Below are positions 26,524 through 35,882 of a stretch of 64,000 nucleotides of DNA, piece by piece. Each line of letters opens with the position of its first letter. Within the stretch, counting starts at the first letter, position 1. The position numbers and the translations under genes are program-made. The notes under the pieces were generated by a model, which did not search any database, was not told the origin of the DNA, and worked only from the letters and a program-made list of their open reading frames with translations. Source of the DNA: Haloferacaceae archaeon (GTDB taxonomy: Archaea; Halobacteriota; Halobacteria; Halobacteriales; Haloferacaceae); NCBI GenBank assembly GCA_042217235.1, contig JBDGTB010000037.1:12544-76543 (forward strand), given 5' to 3'.

Positions 26524-26781
26524 GAAAACTCGTGCGAGACGCAGAGGGTGTCTTCATCACCGACTCGAACACGACGGGCGGACTGACACCCTCCCACGGC
26601 GGAAGGTTCCCCACTCACCGACGGGGGGTGTGGGCCGTGCCAGTGCGGCCCCCGACCGAGATAGCGGGCTTCGTCTACCTTCAGCAAACCGAGGATTTCA
26701 ACGAGGCCTGCCGTTACCATCCCAGCCCCACTCGACCCTACACCCGGAGGAACTAACCCGCCGTCCCGCCCACGCCCGTCC

Positions 26782-27684
26782 ATGCACTACGGCACGCGCC
26801 TCCGCGAACTGATCGAGGCCGACGAGGTGTTCGTCTCGCCGGGCGTCCACGACCCGCTCTCGGCCCGCGTGGTCGACGGCCTCGACTTCGAACTGATGTC
26901 GATGACGGGCAACGGAACCTCGGTCTCCCGACTCGGGATGCCCGACGCGGGGCTGATCACCCTCCCCGAGATGGTCGAGAACGCCCGCCGGATTCAGGAG
27001 ACGGTGGACGTGCCCGTGTTCGCGGACGCCGACAACGGCTACGGCAACGCGATAAACGTCGTGCGGACGATCCGGGAGTTCGCCGCCGCCGGCGTCGCCG
27101 GCGTCCACCTGGAGGACCAGGTGTTCCCGAAGCGGTGTGGCCACGAGGCGGGCAAGCGGGTGGTCCCGCGCGACGAGGCGGTCGGGAAACTCCGCGCCGC
27201 GGCCGAGACCCGCGACGAGCACGACCCCGAGTTCGTGTTGATCGCCCGGACGGACGCCCGCGGCGCCGAGAACGGCTCCCTCGACGATGCCATCGCCCGC
27301 GCGAACGCCTACTGCGACGCCGGCGCCGACGTGGCGTTCGTCCAGGGGCCGGCGGACCGCGACGAGGTCGAGCGGATCGGGAACGAGGTCGACGCGCCGC
27401 TTCTCTACAACGTCAGCGGGTCGTCGCCGCGGATCGCCCCGGACGAGCTCGCCGGGATCGGCTTCGACCTGGTGATGTTCCCCCGGCTCACGTCGCTGGC
27501 GACGGTCGTCGGGGTCCGCGAGTCGGCGGCGGCGCTCGCCGAGGACCCGGTCGGCGCGATGGGCGACCTCCAGGACGAGTTCGCCGACCTGGACTACGGC
27601 GGGTTCAACGAGTTCGCCGGGTTCGACGAGGTCCGCGAGTGGGAAGAGCGGTACGGCCCGAACGCCGTCGACGTCGACGACTGA
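26782..27684 (+). CDS. isocitrate lyase/PEP mutase superfamily lyase (2-methylisocitrate-lyase-like)
   Basis: Motifs DADNGYG and EDQVFPKRCGH. The catalytic KRCGH loop is the lyase type, not the PEP-mutase type. Confidence 0.85.
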   Translation: MHYGTRLRELIEADEVFVSPGVHDPLSARVVDGLDFELMSMTGNGTSVSRLGMPDAGLITLPEMVENARRIQETVDVPVFADADNGYGNAINVVRTIREFAAAGVAGVHLEDQVFPKRCGHEAGKRVVPRDEAVGKLRAAAETRDEHDPEFVLIARTDARGAENGSLDDAIARANAYCDAGADVAFVQGPADRDEVERIGNEVDAPLLYNVSGSSPRIAPDELAGIGFDLVMFPRLTSLATVVGVRESAAALAEDPVGAMGDLQDEFADLDYGGFNEFAGFDEVREWEERYGPNAVDVDD

Positions 27685-27789
27685 CCGCCGGACCCGCGAC
27701 GACCGCCGGGCGCCGCACCGCCGCCGGCGTGCGGGTCGTCCGGTGGCCACCCCGGGACGTTTATCCCCGCCGGGGCGGTGGGTGCCGGC

Positions 27790-29046
27790 ATGGGTCAGAC
27801 GCTCGCCGAGGGGTTGCTCGCCAGGGCGGCCGGCCGGGAGACGGCCGCGCCCGGCGACCACCTCGTCTGTGACGTGGACGTGGTGATGACACAGGACATC
27901 CACACCCCGGGCATCGTCGAGAAGCTGGCGGAGTTCGGCGTCGAGGAGCTCCCACATCCGGAGCGGCCGGTCGTGGTGATGGATCACATGGCGCCCTCCC
28001 ACGAGGTGGACGACGCGAACGAGAAGGTCGGGGTCCGGGAGTTCGTCGACGAGTACGGGATCGAGCACTTCTACGACGTGGGGACGGGAATCAGCCACGA
28101 GGTGCTGCCCGAGCGGGGGCACGTCCGGCCGGGCGAGCTGGTCGTCGGCAGCGACTCCCACACGACCACGCACGGCGCGTTCGGCGCGGCGGGGACGGGC
28201 CTCGGCGAGACGGACGTCGCCTACGCGCTCGCGACGGGGACGAACTGGTTCCGGGTGCCCGAGACCGTCCGGGTCGAGGTGGCCGGCGACCTCGGCCCGC
28301 GGGTGTCCGCGAAGGACGTCCTGCTCTCGCTCGCGGGGGCGTACGGCACGGACTTCGCCCGCTATCGCGCCGTCGAGTTCGACGGGCCGGCCGTCCGCGA
28401 CCTGTCGCTCGACGACCGGATGACGCTGGCGAACATGTCCGTCGAGTTCGGCGCCAAGTTCGGGTTCACGCCGGTCGACGAGGTCGTCACGGAGTACGTC
28501 GCCGAGCGGACGGACGAGCCGTTCGACCCGGTTCGACCGGACGACGACGCCGACTACTGCCGAGCGATCGAGGTCGACGCCGACGGCCTCGGCCCGCAGG
28601 TCGCCGAGCCGCACAACGTCGAGAACGTCGTCCCCGTCGCGGCAGCCGAAGGCGTCGACCTCGACCAGGTGTTCATCGGCTCGTGTACGAACGGGAAGCT
28701 CCGCGACCTCCGGGCGGCCGCGTCGGTGATCGAGGGCGAGGAGGTCGCTCGGGGCACGCGCCTGATCGTCACGCCCGCCTCGCGGGAGATCTACGGTCGC
28801 GCCGAACGGGAGGGGCTGGTCCGGACGTTCAACGACGCGGGCGCGGTCGTCACCAACGCCACGTGTGGCGCCTGTCCCGGCCTCGGCGCCGGCGTCCTCG
28901 GCGAGGGCGAGACGTGTCTCGCCGCACAGAACCGCAACTTCAGGGGGCGGATGGGCCACAACACCTCCGAGATCTACCTGTCGAGCCCGGCGACCGCCGC
29001 CGCCTCGGCCGTCGCGGGTCGGATCACCGACCCGCGGGAGGTGTGA
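27790..29046 (+). CDS. aconitase-family dehydratase large subunit (LeuC / homoaconitase-like)
   Basis: Motifs DSHTTTHGA, GSCTNGK and NATCGACPG (Fe-S cluster ligands). ATG at 27790 lies inside the track ORF that begins at GTG 27778. Confidence 0.88.
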   Translation: MGQTLAEGLLARAAGRETAAPGDHLVCDVDVVMTQDIHTPGIVEKLAEFGVEELPHPERPVVVMDHMAPSHEVDDANEKVGVREFVDEYGIEHFYDVGTGISHEVLPERGHVRPGELVVGSDSHTTTHGAFGAAGTGLGETDVAYALATGTNWFRVPETVRVEVAGDLGPRVSAKDVLLSLAGAYGTDFARYRAVEFDGPAVRDLSLDDRMTLANMSVEFGAKFGFTPVDEVVTEYVAERTDEPFDPVRPDDDADYCRAIEVDADGLGPQVAEPHNVENVVPVAAAEGVDLDQVFIGSCTNGKLRDLRAAASVIEGEEVARGTRLIVTPASREIYGRAEREGLVRTFNDAGAVVTNATCGACPGLGAGVLGEGETCLAAQNRNFRGRMGHNTSEIYLSSPATAAASAVAGRITDPREV

Positions 29047-29048
29047 CG

Positions 29049-29540
29049 ATGGAGGTCCAGGGCACCGCGTTCACGTTCGGCGACGACGTGAACACCGACT
29101 ACGTGACGCCGACCGAGTACTTCGGCCTGGAGATCGAGGAGATCGCGGAACACCTGTTCGAGCCGCTCGACCCGACGTTCGCCGAGCGGTTCGAGCCCGG
29201 CGACGTCGTCGTCGCCGGCGAGAACTTCGGGTCGGGGAGCAGCCGCGAGCACGCCCCCGCCGCGATCCAGGCCGCCGGCGCGGGCGCGGTCGTCGCCGAG
29301 TCGTTCGCCCGGCTGTTCTACCGCAACGCCATCGCCATCGGTCTGCCGGCGATCGCCTGTCCCGGCGTGACCGAGATCGTCGACGAGGGCGACGTCGTGC
29401 GGGTCGACCTCGACGCGCAGGTGGTGCGAAACGAGACGACGGGCGCGGAACGCCCCTCCGAGTCCTACCCCGAGTCGATCCGGAAGATCTTCGACGCCGG
29501 CGGCCTGCTCGCGCACTACCGACGGGAGCGCGAGGAGTAG
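29049..29540 (+). CDS. aconitase-family dehydratase small subunit (LeuD-like)
   Basis: [19 protein letters not shown]...[13 protein letters not shown] is a swivel-domain signature. It starts 2 nt after the large-subunit stop. Confidence 0.88.
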   Translation: MEVQGTAFTFGDDVNTDYVTPTEYFGLEIEEIAEHLFEPLDPTFAERFEPGDVVVAGENFGSGSSREHAPAAIQAAGAGAVVAESFARLFYRNAIAIGLPAIACPGVTEIVDEGDVVRVDLDAQVVRNETTGAERPSESYPESIRKIFDAGGLLAHYRREREE

Positions 29541-29624
29541 GCCCGGTGGCGTCCGGGATCCCCGGACGACCCCGAGAACGACGCCGCCACGCGACCGTCG
29601 GAGTTCGATCGCCCGAACCGTGGC

Positions 29625-30974
29625 CTAGGCTAGCTCGTCGAGCAGCCGGTCCAGCCCGCCCTCCTCGTCGACCGCCGCCACCGCGTCCGCGAGGCGCTCG
29701 GCGTGGGCCTCGTCGGTCCGGGCGGCGACGTTCTCGACGAACTTGCCACGGAGGCGCTCGTCGGCGACGGGGTTGCTCGGGCTGCCCGGCGCCTGGCGCA
29801 TCTCGGCGGTGAACGTCTCGCCGTCGGTGGTCTCGACGGTCACTTTCGCGCCGTAGCCGGCGAACTCGCCGCCGAATATGTTCGGCTCGAAGGCGCGCTC
29901 GACCTTCGCGATGACGTCGCGGGTCGCCTCGCTGGTGACGTACTCGTCGGAGAACTCGTGGACGCCGGGGTCGCGCTCGCGCAGCACGGCGGCGAGGCAG
30001 AACTCGATGGAGAACTTCGCCTGGAGCGCGTCGTCCGGCTCGCGGTGGTGCAGCATCTCCGAGGCGGCGTCGTCGAGCGCGACCTCGACCCGTTCGACGT
30101 CCTCGGGGACGAGGTCCTCCTCGATGACCACCTCGCGGAGCGCCTCCATCGCGGCGTGCGTGATGACGCCGGACGGGTAGGGCTTGAACCCGACGTCGAG
30201 CACGCCCCACTCCTCGCCGAGGTCGCGGGTGACCCGCTCGGGGTCGTAGCCGTCCTCCGAGGTCATCACCTCGCCGTAGCCGAGCTTCCCCTCCAGGATC
30301 TCCCCGTCGGCGGTGAAGCCGTCGTCGGCGAGCAGGGCGGCCCGGACCCCCGTCTCGGCGGCGTGGCCGGCGTGGAGGGGCTTGGTCATCGTGCCGAAGT
30401 TCTTCTTGAGCGCCGAGGAGCCGGAGGCGACGATCCCGACCGCCCGCTCGGTCGCCTCGGCGTCCAGCCCGAGCACCGACGCTGCCGCCGCTGCGGCGCC
30501 GAACGACCCGACGGTGCCGGTCGCGTGCCACCCCTTCTCGTAGTGGGAGGGGTAGGTGGCGTGGCCGACGCGGAACGCGACGTCACAGCCGAGCACGTAG
30601 CCGGCGAGGGCCTCCTCGCCCGTCGCGTCGGCGACCTCGGCCGCGGCGAGCGTCGCCGCGAACACCGGCGACGAGGGGTGGATGACGATCGACTCGAAGG
30701 TGTCGTCGTAGTCGATCGCGTGACCGTAGGCGCCGTTGGCGAGCGCGGCGCCCGTGGGGCTCGCTCGCCCGCGCCCGATCAGCGTCGCCTCGTCGCCGCT
30801 CATACACCGGTCGACGTGGGAGGTGACCGTCTCGCCCACCTCGTGTTCGGAGCCGTACACCGCCACGCCGACGTAGTCCATGATCGCCGTGCGGGCGGCG
30901 TCCAGCGCGTCCGCCGGCAGGTCGCCGTACTCGGTCGTCGCGACGAACTCGGCGAGTTCTTCGGTTTCGCCCAT
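29625..30974 (-). CDS. MmgE/PrpD family protein (2-methylcitrate-dehydratase-like)
   Basis: Full-length PrpD-like sequence (DYVGVAVYGS, GHAIDYDDT, KPYPSG). TATA (gtataa) is centred 27.5 nt upstream. Confidence 0.88.
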   Translation of the reverse strand: MGETEELAEFVATTEYGDLPADALDAARTAIMDYVGVAVYGSEHEVGETVTSHVDRCMSGDEATLIGRGRASPTGAALANGAYGHAIDYDDTFESIVIHPSSPVFAATLAAAEVADATGEEALAGYVLGCDVAFRVGHATYPSHYEKGWHATGTVGSFGAAAAAASVLGLDAEATERAVGIVASGSSALKKNFGTMTKPLHAGHAAETGVRAALLADDGFTADGEILEGKLGYGEVMTSEDGYDPERVTRDLGEEWGVLDVGFKPYPSGVITHAAMEALREVVIEEDLVPEDVERVEVALDDAASEMLHHREPDDALQAKFSIEFCLAAVLRERDPGVHEFSDEYVTSEATRDVIAKVERAFEPNIFGGEFAGYGAKVTVETTDGETFTAEMRQAPGSPSNPVADERLRGKFVENVAARTDEAHAERLADAVAAVDEEGGLDRLLDELA

Positions 30975-30998
30975 GCCCGTGTCTCCGGGGAGCGGCTG

Positions 30999-31004
30999 TT
31001 ATAC
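30999..31004 (-). promoter_or_regulatory. TATA-like box for the PrpD-like gene
   Basis: gtataa on the coding strand, centred 27.5 nt upstream of the ATG at 30974. Confidence 0.4.
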
Positions 31005-31030
31005 TTTGTCGTCTCCGTCCGCCCCCGAAG

Positions 31031-31036
31031 CTTATC
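31031..31036 (+). promoter_or_regulatory. TATA-like box for the FAD oxidoreductase gene
   Basis: cttatc centred 27.5 nt upstream of ATG 31061. Confidence 0.4.
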
Positions 31037-31060
31037 ACCTCCACCCGCACCTACCGAGCC

Positions 31061-32224
31061 ATGCACGTCGTCGTGGTCGGCGGGGGGATCGTCGGGATGG
31101 CGAGCGCCTACTACCTGCGCGAGCGCGGGGCCGAGGTGACCGTCGTCGAGAAATCCGAGATCGGCTCGGGGGCCTCGCGGCGCGGGTCGGGCGGGATCCG
31201 CGCCCAGTTCGAGACGCCCGTGAGCATCGACCTCTCGCTGCGGAGCATGGAGGCGTGGGAGGCGTTCGGGTCGGAGTTCGGCGTCGACGTCGGCTACCGG
31301 CGCCCGGGCTATCTCCTGCTCGCGCGCGAGGAGGCGACCGCCGCGGTGTTCCGGCGGAACGTCGCCACCCAGAACGAGCGGGGCGTGCCCGCCGAGGTCA
31401 TCAGCCCCGCGGCGGCCGCGGAGCGCTGTCCGGCGATCGACCCGGACCGGTACGTCGCCGCCGCGTACTCGCCGACGGACGGCTACGCGCTCGCGCCCGA
31501 ACGCGCCGTCGACGGGTTCGCGGCCGCGGCCCGCGAGGCGGGCGTCTCGGTCCGGACCGGCGTCGAGGTGACCGACGTCGTCGGCGGGGACGGCGACCGG
31601 GTGACCGGCGTCGAGACGACCGCGGGGCGCGAGCGCGCCGACTACGTCGTCAACGCCGCCGGCGCGTGGGGGGAGCGCGTGGCGGCGATGGCCGGGGTGG
31701 ACGTGCCGATCACGCCGCGTCGCCGCCGGGTCGCCGTCGTGGAGCCGAGCCGACCGGTCCGGGAGGGAGACCCGATGACCTTCGACTACGGCCGGTCGCT
31801 GTACATGCGACCGGCGCGGGACGGGGGCGTCCTCCTCGCCGGCGGGTTCCGGGGCGACGACGACGCCGCCGACCCCGACGGGTACGACGAGGGCGTGGCC
31901 GACGAGTGGGTGCGGGCGGCGCTCGACCGGGGAGCCGAGTTCGCCGACTACTTCGAGCCGGGGCTGCCCGTCGAGCGGCGCTGGGCGGGGCTGTACGCCG
32001 TGACGCCGGACTACCACCCCGTGATCGAGGAGTCGGTCCCGGGGTTCGTCAACGCCGTCGGGTTCTCCGGCCACGGGTTCATGCAGGCGCCCGCCGCCGG
32101 CGAGCTCGTCGCCGAGATCGCCGTCGACGGGGCGGCCTCGCTCGTCGACGTCTCCGCGCTCGCCGCCGACCGGTTCGAGCGGGGGGAGCTGCTGCCCGAC
32201 GCCCACGGGGAGCTGTACAGCTGA
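31061..32224 (+). CDS. FAD-dependent oxidoreductase (DAO / sarcosine-oxidase-beta-like)
   Basis: MHVVVVGGGIVGMASAYYL dinucleotide-binding motif at DAO-family length. cttatc is centred 27.5 nt upstream. Confidence 0.85.
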   Translation: MHVVVVGGGIVGMASAYYLRERGAEVTVVEKSEIGSGASRRGSGGIRAQFETPVSIDLSLRSMEAWEAFGSEFGVDVGYRRPGYLLLAREEATAAVFRRNVATQNERGVPAEVISPAAAAERCPAIDPDRYVAAAYSPTDGYALAPERAVDGFAAAAREAGVSVRTGVEVTDVVGGDGDRVTGVETTAGRERADYVVNAAGAWGERVAAMAGVDVPITPRRRRVAVVEPSRPVREGDPMTFDYGRSLYMRPARDGGVLLAGGFRGDDDAADPDGYDEGVADEWVRAALDRGAEFADYFEPGLPVERRWAGLYAVTPDYHPVIEESVPGFVNAVGFSGHGFMQAPAAGELVAEIAVDGAASLVDVSALAADRFERGELLPDAHGELYS

Positions 32225-32302
32225 CCGCGGGACGCCCGCGACCCGTCGCGTGGGTCGGTGGGGCATGGCAAACTATTTCCACCGACTGGCGGATGGGGCC
32301 GT

Positions 32303-33103
32303 ATGGACCTCGGACTCGATGGGAAGCGCGCGTTCGTCGCGGCGTCGAGCAAGGGACTGGGTCGGGCGGTCGCCACCCAGCTCGTGCGGGAGGGCGCGCG
32401 GGTGACGATCAGCTCGCGGAGCGAGGGGAACCTCGCGGACGCCCGCGAGCACGTCCTCGCGGAGACCGGCGCCGACGAGGACGCCGTCCACACCGAGACC
32501 TGCGACGTGCGCGAGCCCGACGACATCCACGCGGCCATAGACGGCGCGGTCGAGGCGTTCGGCGGGCTCGACGTGCTCGTCACCAACCACGGCGGCCCGC
32601 CGGCGATGAACGTCGAGGAGGCCGAGGCGAGCGACCTCGACGACGCCGCGGAGCTCGTGATAGAGAGCACGTTCACGACGGTCAAGGCGGCGCTCCCGGC
32701 GCTCCGGGAGGGCGAGGGGGGCGCCATGGCCCACGTCGTCTCGGCTTCGGCCCGCGAGTCGCCGAGCAACCACGTGGTCTCGAACGCGACGCGACCGGGC
32801 ATCTACGGCATCTCCAAGAGCGTCTCGAACCGTTACGCCGGCGACGGCGTGCGCTCGAACTGCGTCTGCCCGCGCGGGGTCATGACCGAGCGCATCGAGT
32901 ACAAGATCCGGGACATCGCCGAGCGCCGCGACATCTCCTACGAGGACGCGAAGGCGATCCGCGAGGAGGAGCTCCCGCTCGGCCGGCTGGGTCGGCCGCC
33001 GGAGTTCGCCCGCGCGGTCGCCTTCCTCGTCTCGCCGGCGGCGGGATTCATCACCGGCGCGTTGCTCCCCGTCGACGGCGGGTGGACGCGCCAGACGTTC
33101 TGA
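32303..33103 (+). CDS. SDR-family oxidoreductase
   Basis: KRAFVAASSKGLGRAVA (TGxxxGxG-like), NHGGPP, and LPVDGGW C-terminus. Start at MDLGLDG. Confidence 0.85.
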   Translation: MDLGLDGKRAFVAASSKGLGRAVATQLVREGARVTISSRSEGNLADAREHVLAETGADEDAVHTETCDVREPDDIHAAIDGAVEAFGGLDVLVTNHGGPPAMNVEEAEASDLDDAAELVIESTFTTVKAALPALREGEGGAMAHVVSASARESPSNHVVSNATRPGIYGISKSVSNRYAGDGVRSNCVCPRGVMTERIEYKIRDIAERRDISYEDAKAIREEELPLGRLGRPPEFARAVAFLVSPAAGFITGALLPVDGGWTRQTF

Positions 33104-33115
33104 CGGACGACCGTC

Positions 33116-34366
33116 TCAGGCCGCCCGCTCACCCGCCCGCCGCTCCATGACCGCGACGAGGAGCATCAGCGCCGCCGTGACCACGGTGACGCCGACGAGG
33201 CCCACGAACGCGGTTCCGAGGCCCGCCACGTCCGCGACCACGCCGAGGGCGGCGCTGACGACCGCGCCGGAGCCGATCATCGCCGTCCGGACGAGGCCGA
33301 GCGTGCCGCCGCCGACCTCGTCGGGGATCGTCCGGACGAGGTAGCTCTCGCGGGCGGGCCGGGCGGCGTTTATCGCGACCGCGAAGACGATGCCCGCGAC
33401 GACGATGGCCGGGAGGCCGCCCAGCGCGACCAGCGCCGCCAGCCCGAGCACCATCCCGAGGCTCCCGCCGACGAGGACGGGGATCTCCCCGACCCGGTCG
33501 GCCAGCCCGCCCGTCCCGACCTGTACGAGCGCCGCGCCGTACATCGCGCCGTACAGGAGGTTCGCCGGGTTCGAGGCGAAGCCTTTCACCTCGATCAGGT
33601 ACAGCGGCAGGAACGCCGCGACGCCGGTCCAGGTGACCACGAAGAGGACCGAGACGAGGACGAACGCGGCGAAGCGCGGCCGACGGAACGCCTCGAGGTA
33701 CGCCCGGGCGCCCGGGCCGTCGCGCAACCCGCCACCGTCCGCGGTCGCCTCGGCCCCCTCCGCCGCCGTCCCCTCGCCCCGCTCCCCCGCGGCGCGGCCG
33801 ACGATCGACCGGTTGGCGGCCGCGAGGGCGACGGCGAGCGCCGCCGAGAGGGCGAAGGCCGCCCACCACTCGAAGCCGACCGTCCCGAGCACGACGATGA
33901 CGAGCGGGGCGAGGCCGCTGCCGGCGAGGCCGATCGTCCCCATCGCGCCGATCGCGCCGCCCTGTCGGTCCGGGTAGATCTCCCCGATGAGGGTGAGCGC
34001 GACCGTCTTGTGGGTGCCGGTGCCGAAGCCGAACAGCGCGGCCGCGAGGAGCAGGAACGGGAACGAGGGGGCGACGGCGATCCCGAGGGCGGCGACGCCG
34101 GCGACCGCGGTGCCGGCGGTGATCACCTTCGTCCGCCAGATGCGGTCGGCGACGGCGCCCGACGGGAACTGCATGAGCGCGTAGGCGCCGAGCAGGCTGG
34201 AGTAGATCAGGCCGGTCTCGGCGTTCCCGACGCCGAACGTCGCCTGGAACTCCGGGAAGAGCGGCGGCAGGAGGGCCCGGACGAACCGGGCGAGAAACCA
34301 GATCCCCGAGAGCACCCCCAGCGGCGCGTATCGAACGGCGAGTCGACGTGTGTCAGCATCGACCAT
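33116..34366 (-). CDS. MFS transporter
   Basis: Polytopic hydrophobic protein with MQFPSGAVADR motif. It is a tandem paralog of the next gene. Confidence 0.85.
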   Translation of the reverse strand: MVDADTRRLAVRYAPLGVLSGIWFLARFVRALLPPLFPEFQATFGVGNAETGLIYSSLLGAYALMQFPSGAVADRIWRTKVITAGTAVAGVAALGIAVAPSFPFLLLAAALFGFGTGTHKTVALTLIGEIYPDRQGGAIGAMGTIGLAGSGLAPLVIVVLGTVGFEWWAAFALSAALAVALAAANRSIVGRAAGERGEGTAAEGAEATADGGGLRDGPGARAYLEAFRRPRFAAFVLVSVLFVVTWTGVAAFLPLYLIEVKGFASNPANLLYGAMYGAALVQVGTGGLADRVGEIPVLVGGSLGMVLGLAALVALGGLPAIVVAGIVFAVAINAARPARESYLVRTIPDEVGGGTLGLVRTAMIGSGAVVSAALGVVADVAGLGTAFVGLVGVTVVTAALMLLVAVMERRAGERAA

Positions 34367-34456
34367 GGGCTCGGTGGCGCCGCCTTTCGCCCCCCGAGGT
34401 TTAGCCGTTGGGTCATCGGCGAATCTGGTCCGTATCGCGTCGGCGCCACCCGGGCG

Positions 34457-35692
34457 TCACGCGCGGCGGTCGAAGACGACGACGAGCACCATCAGCGCCG
34501 CCGAGAGGCCGGAGACGGCCGCGATGCCGCCGAACGCCGTCGCGAGGCCCGCCGAGTCGGCGACGGTGCCGACGACCGCCGTCGCCGCCGCACCGACGAG
34601 CACCATCAGCGTGCGCACCAGGCCGAGGCCGCCGCCGCCCGCCGAGTCGGGGAACACCCGGAGCAGGTAGCTCCCGCGCACGGGCCGGGCGCCGTGCATC
34701 GCGAGGCCGAAGAGGCCGCCGGTCAGCACCACCGCGACCACGCCGCCGGCCCCCTCCAGCGCGACGAGGCCGACGAACGCCAGCAGGTACGTGCCGACGA
34801 GCACGGGGATCTCCCCGACCCGGTCGGCCACCCCGCCGGCGGGCATCTGGACGAGGCCGAGCATGAGCAGCCCGCTGTACAGCAGGCTCGCCACCCCGGC
34901 CGACAGCCCCTTCACCTCGATCAGGTACAGCGGCAGGAACGCCACCACGGCGTTCCACACCGTCGAGTAGAGGACGGCGGCGGCGACGAACGCCCCGATC
35001 CGCGGCCGGCCGAAGAGGCCGAGGTACGCCCGGACGTCCGTCTCCGGCGGCGCCGCGTCGTCGGTGGCGGGGTCGTCGGTCGCGTCCAGGGCGCTCGTGA
35101 CGTACGTCCGGTTGAGGACGACGAAGACGACGCCGAGGCCGGCCGCGAGGGCGAACGCGACCCGCCAGCCGAGCGCAACCGCGCCGAGCGCGACGAGCAC
35201 GAGCGGCGCGACGGCCCCGCCGACGAAGCCCACGGTGTCGAACGCCCCGATCGCGCCGCCGCGGTCGTCGGGGTAGACGAGCGAAAGCGCCTTCACCGAG
35301 ACGGTCTTGTGGACGCCGGTGCCGAGGCCGAACGCCCCCGCGGCGAGGACGAGCACGGCGAACGACGGGGCGACCACGACCATGACCGTGCCCACGACCG
35401 CCGCGACCGCCCCGACGGTGATCACGCGGGCGGGACCGACGCGGTCGGCGAGGACGCCCGAGGGGAACTGCATCAGCCCGTACCCGCCCATCAGCACCGA
35501 GAACAGCAGCCCCGTCTCGGTCGAGCCGACCCCGTACGTGGCCTGGAGTTCGGGGAACAGCGGCGGGAACAGCGCCCTCGCGAACTTCGCGAGGAACCAG
35601 ATCCCCGAGAGCACCGCCATCGGGGCGTACACCCGTGCGTACTCGCGTGCCTCCGCTCGGGACCCCGGCAGCGCAACCGCGAGGCGTACCAT
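34457..35692 (-). CDS. MFS transporter (tandem paralog)
   Basis: MQFPSGVLADRVG motif. By eye it is roughly half identical to 33116..34366. Confidence 0.85.
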   Translation of the reverse strand: MVRLAVALPGSRAEAREYARVYAPMAVLSGIWFLAKFARALFPPLFPELQATYGVGSTETGLLFSVLMGGYGLMQFPSGVLADRVGPARVITVGAVAAVVGTVMVVVAPSFAVLVLAAGAFGLGTGVHKTVSVKALSLVYPDDRGGAIGAFDTVGFVGGAVAPLVLVALGAVALGWRVAFALAAGLGVVFVVLNRTYVTSALDATDDPATDDAAPPETDVRAYLGLFGRPRIGAFVAAAVLYSTVWNAVVAFLPLYLIEVKGLSAGVASLLYSGLLMLGLVQMPAGGVADRVGEIPVLVGTYLLAFVGLVALEGAGGVVAVVLTGGLFGLAMHGARPVRGSYLLRVFPDSAGGGGLGLVRTLMVLVGAAATAVVGTVADSAGLATAFGGIAAVSGLSAALMVLVVVFDRRA

Positions 35693-35852
35693 GCCGCCGA
35701 CGGTCTACGTCCCCCGGGATTAACGCTGACGAACGTCGACTCACCGACAGTCATTTATCCGCGCTCCCCCCACCCGCGCGGCTCGGTCGGTGGTGGAGAG
35801 CGGCCGAACGGCCGGCCGACGCCGCGGACCCCCGTCGCCGCGACCCGACAGC

Positions 35853-35858
35853 TATTTA
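35853..35858 (+). promoter_or_regulatory. TATA box supporting the GTG 35883 start
   Basis: TATTTA centred 27.5 nt upstream of GTG 35883. Confidence 0.45.
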
Positions 35859-35882
35859 CTCGCTCTCGCCCGCCGCGTAGAC

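Noticed and set aside
26548-26556. C-box-like GTGATGA on the minus strand (possible C/D box sRNA)
   Set aside because: - No CTGA D or D' box lies at the required 12-nt-guide distance.
- No second C' box is present.
26280-26781. Possible RNase P RNA or SRP (7S) RNA in the long spacer
   Set aside because: - I could not find the universal RNase P blocks (GGAAAGUCC, ACAGAA..CGGCUUA, GGUAAACCCC-type) on either strand. Only a weak AGAACGGCAAA resemblance is present.
- I could not find the SRP helix-8 GGAA / AGCA motifs.
- The region is kept only as an unassigned candidate RNA locus.
26250-26783. 178-codon N-terminal extension of the rhodanese ORF
   Set aside because: - The extension has non-native A/T-ending codons and no rhodanese-like sequence.
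- The ATG at 26249 begins the first rhodanese domain and has a TATA-like box at the leaderless distance.
26782-27684. Annotation as PEP mutase / phosphonate biosynthesis enzyme, which is tempting given the PhnA-like gene 30 kb away
   Set aside because: - The active-site loop reads EDQVFPKRCGH, which is the Cys-containing lyase type.
- It does not match the PEP-mutase pattern as I recall it.
- The neighbours are PrpD-like and aconitase-like, not phosphonate genes.
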